DNA of 63,506 nucleotides, counting the filler, from Squatina squatina (taxonomy: Eukaryota): NCBI GenBank assembly GCA_031763465.1. It is 4 parts of 4 records of this genome, joined end to end, with 100 filler letters (N's around TTAATTAATTAA, not from the genome) between each part and the next. Parts side by side here need not be neighbours in the genome. Positions count along the whole stretch, not along the records: positions 1 to 17,731 come from JARFOE010000222.1; 3 more parts are not named here. The stretch is one strand, 5' to 3'. Both the position numbers and the translations under genes were made by a program. A model generated the notes under the pieces. It was given only the letters and a program-made list of their open reading frames with translations, searched no databases and was not told the DNA's origin. Positions 1 through 12,778 of this stretch are shown here, piece by piece (within the stretch, counting starts at the first letter, position 1; each line of letters starts with the position of its first letter).

Positions 1-1209
1 TGTGAATTGGCTACTAAAAAGTAAATGTTACAATTTGATTTTTAAATTTTCAAAACCAATTTTAGTATCAGAAAAAATGTAAAGGCTGTGAGGAGTCATC
101 TGGCTTATCTGGACATAACTGGCCCTGAATTTGCGATTGGAGACTTACTGCGAGCGGAGCTTCCAATCGCAAAAATGTCTACGAACTTACCTGACAGGCC
201 TGAATCCACGTGAGTTTGCGATTTTCTGCCCCCACAGTTGGGCATTCGGAGCGCAGCTCTGTTCTTTCCTGTCTCAGTCCTGTGGAGAGACTGGAGAGGT
301 CACATGGGAGGCCCCAACCAATCAAGTAGGAGTATCTCTCATTCAAGACTTGACAGATCTGTCAAAGCTTGAATGAGAGATACAAAACAACACAAGCACA
401 TCAAAAAACATTTAAAAAATGATTATAATATTAAAATTTAATAAAAAGAAGATAAATAATATATATTTTTTATTGAAATTAAAAAAAAACTTTTAAAATG
501 TTTAAAACATACTTACCTTAATGGGAATGATTTTAAAGTAACGTACCATTAATTTTTTTGATTTTAACATTGTTAAAAACTCTTACGCTGGTAAAACCAA
601 GCATGTACGCTTGGTTATACCATGCATAAAAAGGTTTAAGAGATTTCCAGGGCAAGCGTTGAGGAAATCTCACAACTCTCCTGTATTTGGACAATTCTTT
701 TTAAAACAGATCTCCTATGATGTTGCTCTAAGTCAGGAGATGCACTGTTTTATAAGGATATGAGCTGTATACCAGTTAATACACACTATTATTGCTGCTG
801 CTAAGGTAGAGTGAAGTCCCTTTAAAGCCACGTGTTCCAATTGTTGTAAATGGTGACATTCCTTAGCTCAATTACAAACCTGTTCCTCACGGGCACTTCC
901 TGAGGTCAGTTTGAGGACACTGGGGCTGATGAGAATATGATCTTCAACAACATGCAGCACTGTTGCACATCTGAGTGCACATCGTGGGGCACTGAGGTCT
1001 ACAGAACACTTGTTGCACACTATAAGTGATAAATGTGCGCCAGAAGTGCTTGTGGCGACAGAGCTTGCTCGCTGGTGTGTACGGATCATTTTACTCAAAA
1101 TATTTAAGTGAGTGCTGTTTTGCATAATGCCTTGAGTACCTGAACAGTGCTCCAGATGCTCAGTGTCCATACAAAATGGATACTTGAACGGAGGTCACAA
1201 TCATCATAG

Positions 1210-1705
1210 GACCATAGGGTCATGTGACCATGTTGTTGCAACCACCCAACTGGTTCACTAATGTCCTTTAGGGAAGGAAATCTACTGTCTGACCTATACA
1301 TGGCTCCAGTCCCACACCAATCTGAGTGGCTCTTAACTACCCTCTGAAGTGGCCTAGTAAACCACTCAGTTGTATCAAACCGCTGCAACGAATAATAAGA
1401 ATGAAAGAAATTATATCTCATGGATTCAGGTCAAATATGACCATGGAAACCTTCTGCAGATTACCACATGCCAGGCATCATATCAACAGGTGCATGAGAA
1501 CAACATCACCTCCAAAGTTCTCCTCCAAATCACACACCATCCCAACTTGGAAATATATCCCTCTTCCTTCATCGTCACTGGGTCAAAATTCTTCACATGG
1601 ACTAAAGCAATTCAAGAAGAAGGCCCACCCACCGTCACCTTCTCATGGGCAACTACAGATAAGCAATAAATGCCGAGCTTGCTGGCGACACGCACATCCC
1701 GAGAA
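1210..1705 (+). mobile_element. Degenerate shark-type SINE/LINE 3' region
   Basis: Contains CTGGTTCACTAATGTCCTTTAGGGAAGGAAA and the tail GGGTCAAAAT...GCAATAAATGC...GGCGAC.C.CACATCCC. The tail recurs at 16645-16817 (+) and 39315-39525 (-). Confidence 0.6.
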
Positions 1706-4217
1706 TTTGGGTTTTTTGAAAAGTCAATGCTCCTCTAGGCCTACATTCCTCAAAATTTGTTCCTCGACTAATCCTCTTCGGGTACATGTTTCCAGACACT
1801 AGTCAGATTGCAAATGCCTGACTGGAGTTTGACAGTTATTACTCAGCCCCCTGTAAATACAAATCCCCAAGAAAAGAAATTAGTTAATGGGTCACAAAAA
1901 GTTCTCACCAAAATTACCAGGCATTAAATTAAAATTTTCCCCAAACTTAACAATCATTATTCACTGTCACTTGACTATTTTTAAATGTTTAATGGATACT
2001 TGAGTATTATCCTATTTCTATTGACTGGGTCTAGTTTGACTACTTGCAGTAGGATTAAACATTTCATACATTGCAGATGCAAAATTTCACATTAACAAAA
2101 TGATGATTGAATAAGTGATACCAGATGCTTGAAGAAAACATAAAATCTGCATGGTTCCAATTTGCTTTAAATTATACCCCATTTGTGTCATTCATCAGGA
2201 CTTAAATTGGAATTTGTGGGAAAGGCTTAAGATCTTACTATTGAACCCAGTTAATGTGACAGTATTTCAATAACAGTTTTCATATGTCAGCAAAAATACA
2301 ATAGTTTCCATTTTTAAAACATGTTGCACTTTATTATCAGTAAATTCCCCTGATTTGTCCTGCTCAGAATAGCAATAAGAGTATATTTTAGTGAAAGTCT
2401 GAGGCCTATAGTGTAGAACACAAACAATGTTCAAAAAGAATAGGAGAAAAGGCAAAATAAGTTACAAAGTCATGATTAGGGGACAGTAAGCTTGGGTGCT
2501 AAAAGCCTGTAGATTATAGGAAGCAGGAAAGACTTGAGTTCCACACTTTTGATGCCGTAGGAAAGAATGAGTAGGAGATAGTAGGAAGCAGTGGATTATA
2601 AGAAACCAGTGGCTGATATTTGAATCAGATAACATATTGCAGTTTAAAAGAAATGAGAGACCAAAGCTCAAAGGAGCTATGTTCACATTAAGGCTGGTGA
2701 TTTGTCTCAACAAAACATACTGCAAACCACAGCATATTTGGAGCGGAACATTGGGAAATCTGTCTCCCCCAATAGTCAAGTTCAATTAGGACTAAATGAC
2801 CGCTTGTCCCTCTGCTTTGGTTCTGCTTATATTATGTCCAATAATAACTGCAAGCCTACAATTGGTTGGAGCAAGTCGCCAGCATAACTCCTGCAGATTA
2901 GGCAATGAACAATAAGATGGAGATAACTGACACCAGTCCTGGCTCCTGCTCTGTCCTACACAACTCCCAACTCTTAACTCTCCAACTCTTAGTACTCTCC
3001 CTTTCAAACATCATGGTTAGTTGTAAAAAAGAAATCCAAGCTAGACAAAAATCAGAGTCTTGACTGTAGTAATATGGATAAAGTAGAAAGAAAAAGTTGA
3101 GAAGCGTTAGCAGTGTGGGTTTCATGCAAGATTAGAGGATGTAGCAACACCAAGGATGTCAATAGATTGAGGACGAGGACAGTGGAGTCAAACACGTGAC
3201 TCTTGGGAGCTTTTTGCAGATTATGTGACAGTGAAGTTGGTTAAGAAAGACTAAAAGTATGCAACACAGACTTAAAGAAGTTTATAATACAATGAAGTTA
3301 TAAATCNNNNNNNNNNNNNNNNNNNNNNNNNNNNNNNNNNNNNNNNNNNNNNNNNNNNNNNNNNNNNNNNNNNNNNNNNNNNNNNNNNNNNNNNNNNNNN
3401 NNNNNNAAGCAAAGAGGATTTAAAAAAAAATAAATTGAATACTGACCCACTTGATTGAACCTTCCCATATAACTGGAATTACATTAACGTAGTACAGAAA
3501 TTGGCATAGACTGAAAACAAAAACATTTAGGCTGACCTGAAGTGATTGTTACCGTGATCTGACAGCTCTGCTTGGTGAAAGAATACAAGTCGCTGCAGGC
3601 AGGTGCCTTGCAGAGGGCTTCAAAGTCAATTTTCTGCTTGTCTAGCTGTGAAGTTTTCATGGTTAAAGTAGCATGATTCTGATCTTCACTCTCTAGCCTT
3701 CCAAAAAAAATTGAGAGAGATTTATTCTACAACCCAATCAATTTTTTGTTTCTTCTGTGATGCGTTGACCTGAAAATTTGTTCCCATTGCGTACATTTCC
3801 TGGTTTGGCAACTGGTGATGGTGAAACATTTTGTCTCCTAACCAGCGATTTTGATTGGATAAGTAGCATTGGCCACCATCTTATTCTACTAGCCAAAGAT
3901 TAGTGCAAGACAGATTCGAACTGAACCACTTCAGCATGAAAACGCCGGGACACAATCGGCTGCAAAAACACAAAATTCTGAGCCCTTGAGTACAGACCGT
4001 CCTTTGCAGATTCACACATGTGGTTAAATCAAAATGTTGTGGGGAATTTGCTGTGTATGTTTCACGTGCAGACCTTTTTAAATGTATCCATTAATTCAAG
4101 TAGATCATATGGTTAGAACAATACCTGATTATGATTTAATCCCATTACAGAAATGCTACAATAGAGAATAAGTGCGAAAAATACAACAATGCGCAGGCCA
4201 TCTGTGCCTCGACCTAC

Positions 4218-4317
4218 CTCAAAATCCTTTGGATGAAACATGTTCTTAAGAATCACAACTCGATGGTATCGGAATCGTGAACTGCCGGCTTTTCTCTCTG
4301 GTCTCCAATCCAGCTGC
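4218..4317 (-). CDS. HTATSF1: HIV Tat-specific factor 1, internal 100-nt exon (start of the UHM/RRM2 region)
   Basis: Translates (K)QLDWRPERKAGSSRFRYHRVVILKNMFHPKDFE, matching recalled human KQLDWRPERRAGPSRMRHERVVIIKNMFHPMDFE. Flanked by ctag| acceptor and |gtaggt donor. Confidence 0.92.
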
Positions 4318-5257
4318 CTAGCAACAAGGATTCGTTGTGTCAACAGAAAGCTCCCCTTAAGTTAAGGACCTATAAACATGCGGAGTTCTGTATCAACAGA
4401 AATCCACGCNNNNNNNNNNNNNNNNNNNNNNNNNNNNNNNNNNNNNNNNNNNNNNNNNNNNNNNNNNNNNNNNNNNNNNNNNNNNNNNNNNNNNNNNNNN
4501 NNNNNNNNNTAATTGGACTGAATGGGAAGGGGTGTAATCCACTGGAATTCTTAAGAGCAAATTTGCAATTCTATAAAATGGGATTGCATGCAAGTGAATC
4601 GCTTCATTGGAACTCTATTATTGAATTAGCTATAGGTCCTGAGATTCATTTCCATAAGGAATGCACTACTTGGCGAGTTTTCAGTTCCTGGCGAGTGTTT
4701 GCACAGCACTTTTTTACTTTAACACTGTTTACAGTATCAACAATACAGGCAACAGTTCCAATTCTGTCTCCATAATCCAGGCTCTTGTTGAGTAAATCGA
4801 GATAGGAGATAGTATTTGATACATTATCATTGAAGGAACTGAGAGTCACATTTCTTAATAATACATCTGTCCTTTTGACAGTTGACCGGAAGTGCAGAGA
4901 GGCAGGATGCAAAGAATTTCCAGCCTGAAACAAATGAATAATCCTTTATTATTTTATTTGACAGTTGACCCACATCTTTAGCTGTTCCCGTGCCACGCAC
5001 CATTCCTAGAACTCTGCCAATGTAACGTAACAACACCATGGAGTGCCTCATTTTCTGATTTTCTTTCCCACCCTGTGGAATTGCTTGTCTTTCTGACCTG
5101 GCTGCTCCCCACATGATCTCAACTAATGTGGAAAACTGTGGCTGCCAAACCACATTTCCTAAGTGCCCTAAGTTGTTATTTTAGGGTCACCTAAACGCAT
5201 CATCCTTTTAGATGTGATTTTAAACATCCTTCTGCTTGTTTTAGTGATTCACATGGG

Positions 5258-5490
5258 TATTGACGGTCCCAAGATACTATTTGAAAAAGAGCAGGGAGTT
5301 GTCGTTGTGTACTGGCCAATATTTTCCCCTCAAACAATGCCACCTGAAACAGATTAACTGGTCATTCATCTCAGTGCTGCTTCTGGGATGTTGGCAGTGC
5401 AGAATTGCTGGGGCATTTCTTTATATTACTTCAAGAATGATTCGCTGTGTGAAGTGTTCTGAGCCTCTCGGGGTTGGTATTGTACCATGA
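5258..5490 (+). mobile_element. Deu-domain SINE fragment (SacSINE1/AmnSINE-like)
   Basis: Core ACTATTTGAAAAAGAGCAGGGAGTT...TGGCCAATATTTTCCCCTCAA, shared with the copy at 36305-36725. Confidence 0.6.
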
Positions 5491-5984
5491 AATGTCACAG
5501 TGCTTCCAGTGTGGGAGCCCCCTATTGTCAAACTACTCCACACCCAACACAATGAGCTCTTGCATATACAAGTAGGAAGCACCTAGCATGCCAGGAGCCT
5601 GGACTCTGCGCACAACGGCCATTGATGCCTCACTTTTCATATAAATTAGAGGCACTGCAGACACTGATATTAAGGGAGACTTAAGGACAGTCTCATTTTA
5701 GAAATAATGAATTTTATTCCTAATTGGCTCTCTCATTGTAATAGGAACACCCTTCATTTCTGCTCCACTAGTTCCTTGGCCTCCAATAGGCAATTCCTCA
5801 AAGGAGATTGTGTCCCACAGCCTCTGGAAAGAAATGGACAATGCTTGAAATTTTATCCATACATAACTAGTGATAAATTCTGTTATTATTACATGTCATT
5901 AAAAGACAAACGTTTATTGTTGCCAGGCAGTTCACTACGAAGAGAAAGACTGGTGTGAGGAGCCATACTCGGGCGGCTGCTACA

Positions 5985-6160
5985 CTGCATACTTCCCACC
6001 AGGCATCAAAACATCCAATCACCACTACTCTCTGCCTCCTATCCATTAGCCAATTTTGTATCCAAGTTACCACTAACCCCTGAATACCATGTGCTTCTAA
6101 TTTCCAAATAGGTCTGTTATGAGGTACTTTATTAAATGCCTTTTGGGAGCCTATATATAC
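5985..6160 (-). mobile_element. CR1 LINE reverse transcriptase fragment
   Basis: [19 protein letters not shown] is the typical CR1 RT motif WIxNWLxxRxQRVVV. Confidence 0.8.
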
Positions 6161-8545
6161 AAGAGAATGCAGGGCAACTCTGATGGAAAGACCGAACTCA
6201 GGACTATTCTAGTTCTATAACATTTACAGCACTCCCAACAATCTCATGTTTGCTGGGATTTATCATAACGGTTGAGTTTATTGCAACATCCTTTTTAAAT
6301 TGGGATGGTGTTTCCTTTGAGTGTCGGATTAATTCAGCAGATCTGCCTTAGGAGAAGTCCAGAGCCTATTATCATGAGATAGATCTCAATAAACCCAACA
6401 AATGTAAGAAAAGGAGATCATTTTGGGAGGTGGGCGAAGAAATAAGTTAAGTACTAAATTATTGTTAATGTCGAGGGGTATGCAAAAATGTCCAATAATA
6501 TCTGATCCACATTCCACGTGCCTTATTACTGAAATGTACTTATGTTTTCACAGGGAATTATAGGCAACTAGTTGCAAATCATTGCCAAAGTATCTTCCGC
6601 AAAGCTTAAATTGCATTTACAAGTCTTCACTTGATGCTTTCACATCATTCTCTTTCTTTTTGGCTCGGGCGAATGAGGGTTAGATTTGTTGCTCCGATTA
6701 ACTCTGCTGTGGGTGCCCCTATCTCNNNNNNNNNNNNNNNNNNNNNNNNNNNNNNNNNNNNNNNNNNNNNNNNNNNNNNNNNNNNNNNNNNNNNNNNNNN
6801 NNNNNNNNNNNNNNNNNNNNNNNNNATGTGTGTGAGTAAACGAGAATACGTCATGCAGTCATATTTTGTAAGAAGCTTGCTTTGTGGACTCACCTATATA
6901 TATGTAAATGTGACCATATGGTGTATGAGCACGCTTGGGAAGCTAAGAAACAGCTGTAAAGTTGTCCAATTGCTTTGTATATGCCCTTGTTCAGTAGGTG
7001 ATGAAAGATCACTTTGTAGCACACATACTTTGCCCTTGTACTTGGTTTTGGGAATAACTGGGTGCTCTTATTTTCTGAGATTGACAAACATCTCTCTCAT
7101 CTTCTCTCTGGTGGGCTGAAGGCTGGACACCATCTTGATTCTTCCTCTCATCCCACACAGAGCAATTCTCCTTTTACCCACTTTGTCAAGGAACAATTCC
7201 CATGCTGCAGCAATGAATGGTGCCTTTTTTTTCAGTTACTGCCCCGTTGTTTCCTGATCTTTCTCGGCTATGAATAGTTTTGCCTCCAAAAAAAATCTTC
7301 CTTTATACGCGAACTGCAGCCCTTTAAGAGTAACAGCAGCACTGGAAATTCCAAGCTCAGTGAGTGAACTCCCAACAGGAGGCCCAGATGAAGGCCGGGT
7401 GCTTTCTTACTTAATTAGGACTGACCAACCTCGGAAGGTCTGGTACAAAACGGATAAAGCCTACAGTGCACCATTCCCACTCCAACATCATGGAAATCAG
7501 AAAATATACCTTACAATGTATATTTTTATCAATCAAAGTAATCCTCAATTCATTGTGCTTAAACCTAGATTTGAAATCACTGTCAAAGCCATCTGCTGGA
7601 AGTTTGTAGATTTCTTACTGAATCCAGAAACCTGCCGTTTAGAATTTAATACTAACGCCAGACAGCTTGGGCCATATTTTGGGGAGTGACAGGGAAGGGG
7701 AGGAGATTGAGGATAGGGCTGACTTTACAATCAGTAATGTCTGCTTCCACCCATTGTGCAATCCTGCCCTCCAGAAGGGAAGGCCTGATATCAAGCTGTT
7801 AAAAGTGTAAGATAGGTCTGAATAACCATTTTAATAAAAATTCTTGGAAACTGCAAAACAAAAGCAAAGAAGGCAAAATAACACTGAATAAACTCTTTAC
7901 AGGCTGTACAAAATCCCTGTACAGACTAGCAAATGGCATGGAGGGTAAGTTGTGTTGATGCAAAACGAAGANNNNNNNNNNTATAGCCTCAGCTTCCAGC
8001 AGAGTGCCTGTATCTGACCACTTTAGCACGCTGCTGTAGTTCAGTTCATTACAGCTTATGGAACTGTCAAGTAGAATGATGGCTTTGTTCTAAGGCAGTG
8101 AGTCTTAACAAGGAGCTCACAGCCATAACCTTCTCAGGCTGTTAATCACAAATCCTGTGCCAAGATGATGTTACAAAAGACAACTCAAGCCATTGTCAAC
8201 TCCACAAAGGCGATGCATTTCTTCAGCTTTTTTTCTAATGTAGCTGCTGCTGCTTTTAAACACACAGCAGATAACTACTGTATTGTCATTCTCCATTTTA
8301 ATCCCTTTTGAACCTCGAGGTTGCTGGAGCCATATTGGCACCATGCCAACAATAACATAGGACTGGAAATGCCAGCTTTCATCAATGTGTACGGTACAGT
8401 GATGCTCCAACAATGTTTAAAAAGACAGCAACAAAAAGAAAGTCANNNNNNNNNNNNNNNNNNNNNNNNNNNNNNNNNNNNNNNNNNNNNNNNNNNNNNN
8501 NNNNNNNNNNNNNNNNNNNNNNNNNNNNNNNNNNNNNNNNNNNNN

Positions 8546-8634
8546 TCAGCCATGATCATATTGAATGGCGGTGCAGGATCAAAGGGCCTAATGGCCTACT
8601 CCTGCACCTATTTTCTATGTTTCTATGTTTCTAT
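8546..8634 (+). mobile_element. CR1-type 3' tail with (TTTCTATG)n octamer
   Basis: AATGGCCTACTCCTGCACCTATTTTCTATGTTTCTATGTTTCTAT. Near-identical copy at 50455-50527; both lie at contig ends. Confidence 0.8.
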
Positions 8635-9594
8635 ATTGGCTCTCCTGTGCTGCTTACATCGCAACAGCGTGTGCACTTCCAGAAAAAAGTACTTCAGTGG
8701 CTGTGAAAGCGCTTTGGGATGTAACCAGATTTTGAAAGGCGCTATCGAAATGGAAGTTATTTCTTTAAAAGGAGAGAAAGAAAGATTTAAAGGGGACAAC
8801 AGTATATTTGCTTTATTTTGCCTTTTTTAATATTAATTTCACCCCCACCACCATCACCCATAAAAAGAGCAATTCATTTTTCAGCTCAACATGTATTGGG
8901 AGTTCCTGCTTCCTGCTTCCAGCCCATAAATGACCTGACTTAAGACTGGAAGCTGGTGCTGAGTCAGAGGAAATGTACCAGACTCCAGAAGGGCAGAGGT
9001 TGGCCCCACTGGGGGCAGTGGGGGCGGGGTTCCAGGATAGGGAAATGGCCTAGACCCCAAAGATGGAGACTTAAAAAATATAGCACCTACCCTCTTACAC
9101 AGAGAAGCACACCAATGTTAAAACCCCCCTTAATCTCTGCTCTAAGGAGAACAATCCCAGCTTCTCTAGTCTCTTAGAATTCATTAATTATAGGAGCTCG
9201 CTTCCTAGGTTATATGGATTATTTTCTGAATACAATGAAAACAAAATCTCTTTACCAGCTGTATATATACAGCAAGCAAATCATCCCTTTACTGTGCCTC
9301 GCTGCTGGAGATAAGTTTACCTGCCAGAGAAATGTGATGGGAATCCAGTTCATTTGGTTCATACAGGTAGATTTTCAACTTGCAGTTCTCCCCATCGCAG
9401 CATCAAACTGTTTTTCTTATTTTAATGTTTTGAGGATCTTTGCTTCCAGTGCCCTGTTTGACAGTCCATTCCACATATTGTTCACTCTTCCTGACACCAG
9501 TCCTAAATCTGCCTTTCAACAGTTTGAGCCTGTTTTTCCTTTCATCATGCTGCCTTGGTTTTACTTGTAGTTGTATTTTTTTTCTATATCTTTT

Positions 9595-10440
9595 TCTGCC
9601 CTATGCACCTCTATAATGCCCTCTCCTAATCAGCCCCATTGGAAGCTGAAAAGCCCAAGTTGCTCCATTCGTTCCTGACAATTCAGTTCTCTGGTGCCAG
9701 GATTCAACTTCAGGGATCTGAATGTATCCATGTGTCTTGGTGATCAAAGCATGTAAGACCAAAGCACTGTAAGGTTCCAGCATAGCATTCTCCAAAAGGT
9801 CTACTGTTTTGGATAGATAGTTTAACATTCTATTTGCCTTATTTGTTGCTTCACTGCACTGACTAGATGTAAGCAGGACCAAGTCTACTTAGGAATAGCA
9901 GTAGACTATTCAGCCCCTTGAGCTCATTGTACCATTCAATTATATCATGGCTGATCTGTACCTCAACTCCATTTACGTACATTTGCTCTATATCCCGTGA
10001 TACCCTTAACTGACAAAAATCTATTAATCTCAGCCATGAAAATTTTCATTGACCCGGCTTCCATGGCTTTTTGGGAGAGCGAGTTCCAGGTTTCCACTAG
10101 TGTTTATGTGAAAAAATGCATTCTCATATCACTTCTAAATGCCCCAGCTCTCATTTTAAAATTGTGCCTCCTTGTTCTGGATTCCCTTAAATAAACCTTT
10201 GGTTTCTACCTCAACCACTCTCTGTAATAAAGTTCCAACAACCCTCTGAATAATAAAAACCCTCCAAACCTCTCTCCTTAGTGACAATTTTAAATTGATG
10301 ACCTCGTTTGCTTTTCATTCTATCAACACACTTCATAATTTTAAAAACCTCCATTAAATCTTCTCTTAGCCTTTTCTGCTCCAGTAGAAAGAGTCCGAGT
10401 ATCTCAATCTTTTTTCATAACTCTAGGTACCTCTAGATAA
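9595..10440 (-). mobile_element. Cluster of CR1 LINE 3' fragments
   Basis: SSQCSEATNKANRMLNYL (CR1 ORF2 C-terminal motif QCxxAxxKANxxL), plus reverse-strand CR1 3' UTR pieces. Confidence 0.7.
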
Positions 10441-11154
10441 CTCTCCCTGTTATCATTCAGGGGGATCTATGATGCATGCTTTCTTGGGCTTCAAAGTCCT
10501 TTCTATAACANNNNNNNNNNNNNNNNNNNNNNNNNNNNNNNNNNNNNNNNNNNNNNNNNNNNNNNNNNNNNNNNNNNNNNNNNNNNNNNNNNNNNNNNNN
10601 NNNNNNNNNNCCGCCTGCTTCCAAAAGACCAGACACAGAACAAGAGGTAATTTATGTCTAAACATCTGCTAGGATCAGTCTGCATAAGCCACTTTCCCGC
10701 AGTCATGGGGAAACTATGAAGGTTAACTCCTTTTAACCTCCCTGGTTTTCAGTCTGGAATCTGCTACCTGATGTTCAAGTGTAATGACAAAGGAGAGTTG
10801 ACAAAGTCAAATGAGAAATATAAACGTGAGATACACAAATGGCAAAACCAGTCATCCTGACTGTCAAATTGAAAATCACTGCTATAACAAATGTGATCTT
10901 CATGCATCTTAAAGCAACTTAGTGGTATATCACTTTTGTACCAGGGCTGTAACCTCAGCAATTATGAATGATAAGGTAAATGTTAACTGTAATTTTGCTT
11001 AATGTAAATATTGCCCCAGCCACGTTAAAAGCTGAATAAATTTATTTGTTTCAATACATAATGAACATTAGAATGTAGTTATTTCTAATTTCTGTCACGT
11101 TTTCAAATGTATCTTTTTCTTGTTATCTATGATGAACTGTTGCTGCAATTTACA

Positions 11155-11684
11155 ACTCACTCCCGGACTGTTACCTCTGGTGTCCCCCAAGGAACCATCC
11201 TTGGCCCCCTTCTATTTTTCATCTGCGTGCTGCCCCTTAGCGATATCATCCGAAACCACATCGGGTTCCACATGTATACTGATGATACCCTGCTCTACCT
11301 CACCTCCACCTCTCTTGACCCCTCCACTGTCTCTGAGTTGTCAGACTGCTTGTCCGACATCTAGTATTGGATGAGCAAAGATCTCCTCCAGCTAATTATT
11401 GTGAAGACCAAAGCCATTGCCTTCGGTCCCCGCCACAAATTCCACTCTCTGACCACCATTTCCATCCCTCTCCCTGGCAACTGTCTGAAGCTGAGCCAGA
11501 CCGTTAGCAACCATGGTGTTGTGTTTGACCCCAAGGTGAGCTTCTGACCCACATATCAACTCCATCACCAAGACTTTCACCTCTGTATGATCACCTGGCG
11601 CTGACCCTGCCTCAGCTCATCTGCTGCTGAAACCTTCATCCATGCCTTTGTTACCTCTAGACTTGACTGTTGCAATGCTCTCTT
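11155..11684 (+). mobile_element. L2 LINE reverse transcriptase fragment (decayed)
   Basis: SRTVTSGVPQGTILGPLLF...FHMYTDDTLLYL (GVPQG and YADD-type motifs), followed by HAFVTSRLDCCNAL, which is typical of L2. Confidence 0.87.
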
Positions 11685-12639
11685 NNNNNNNNNNNNNNNN
11701 NNNNNNNNNNNNNNNNNNNNNNNNNNNNNNNNNNNNNNNNNNNNNNNNNNNNNNNNNNNNNNNNNNNNNNNNNNNNNNNNNNNNAAACTAAAGGAGTACA
11801 AGTGATGCTTCGATATTTTGTTCCACATAACAGTTGGGCATTTTAAATTTTACCTTCCAAATGATTTTCATTAAGTGCATGTTGATGCTAGCTCACAGTG
11901 TTCTGTCGATTTAAATTAGTTTAAGGTGCAAAAAGGAATTAAATGTGTGCCCCTCTTTCAAACAGATTGATAGCGTACAGATGGTTTAAGAATTTTCCTG
12001 TTGCATTAGCAGTGTGAATGTTTTTACACTGGGAATTAAAAACATAAAATCCTTGTGAGTTATGCGGGCAGTTGCCACAAATGTGTTTCCAGGAAGTACT
12101 TCATGAGCTGTGCATAAAAAAAAACAAGGGAATGATTCAGCCCTCAACCTCCATCCTCCCTTCATTATCTGCTGGGAGCCTGTCAGTCACATAAATTTAA
12201 AGAGCAATTTTATAGAATGGAAACAATTCTGCAAGTAAGTGTGTTACAGTTAATCAGCATCAAAACGGACCAGTAATTCAATGCTGCACAATACCTGCAT
12301 TTATTCATAAAATGAGAAATTATTGGAGACTGGAGCAAAATGTCTGCGATCCCATCAATCCTTTCAGCAATACCAATCTGATCATACACACAAAACACCA
12401 CCTAGACTGCTCCTAGGTTGGTTTACATCACACATGATGCAATTTACAGGGAATTTTTTTGTTGCTTCACCTCCTCTAGTAAAAATACTTCTGCAATCAC
12501 TTCCTCTAACATCATCTACTGTATTACTTATCTAGTTCANNNNNNNNNNNNNNNNNNNNNNNNNNNNNNNNNNNNNNNNNNNNNNNNNNNNNNNNNNNNN
12601 NNNNNNNNNNNNNNNNNNNNNNNNNNNNNNNNNNNNNNN

Positions 12640-12778
12640 TTTAACGTCTCATCCAAAAGATGGCACCTCTGAGAGTGCAGCGCTCCCTCAGTACTGCACT
12701 GGAATATCAACGTCGATTTTTGTGCTGAAGTGTCTGGAATGGGACTTGAAACCATACCCTACCGACTCAGAAGGTCTG
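12640..12778 (-). mobile_element. Deu-domain SINE, 5' part
   Basis: Reverse complement of the tRNA-like head and CAGTGCAGTACTGAGGGAGCGCTGCAC...GATGAGACGTTAAA. Confidence 0.7.
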
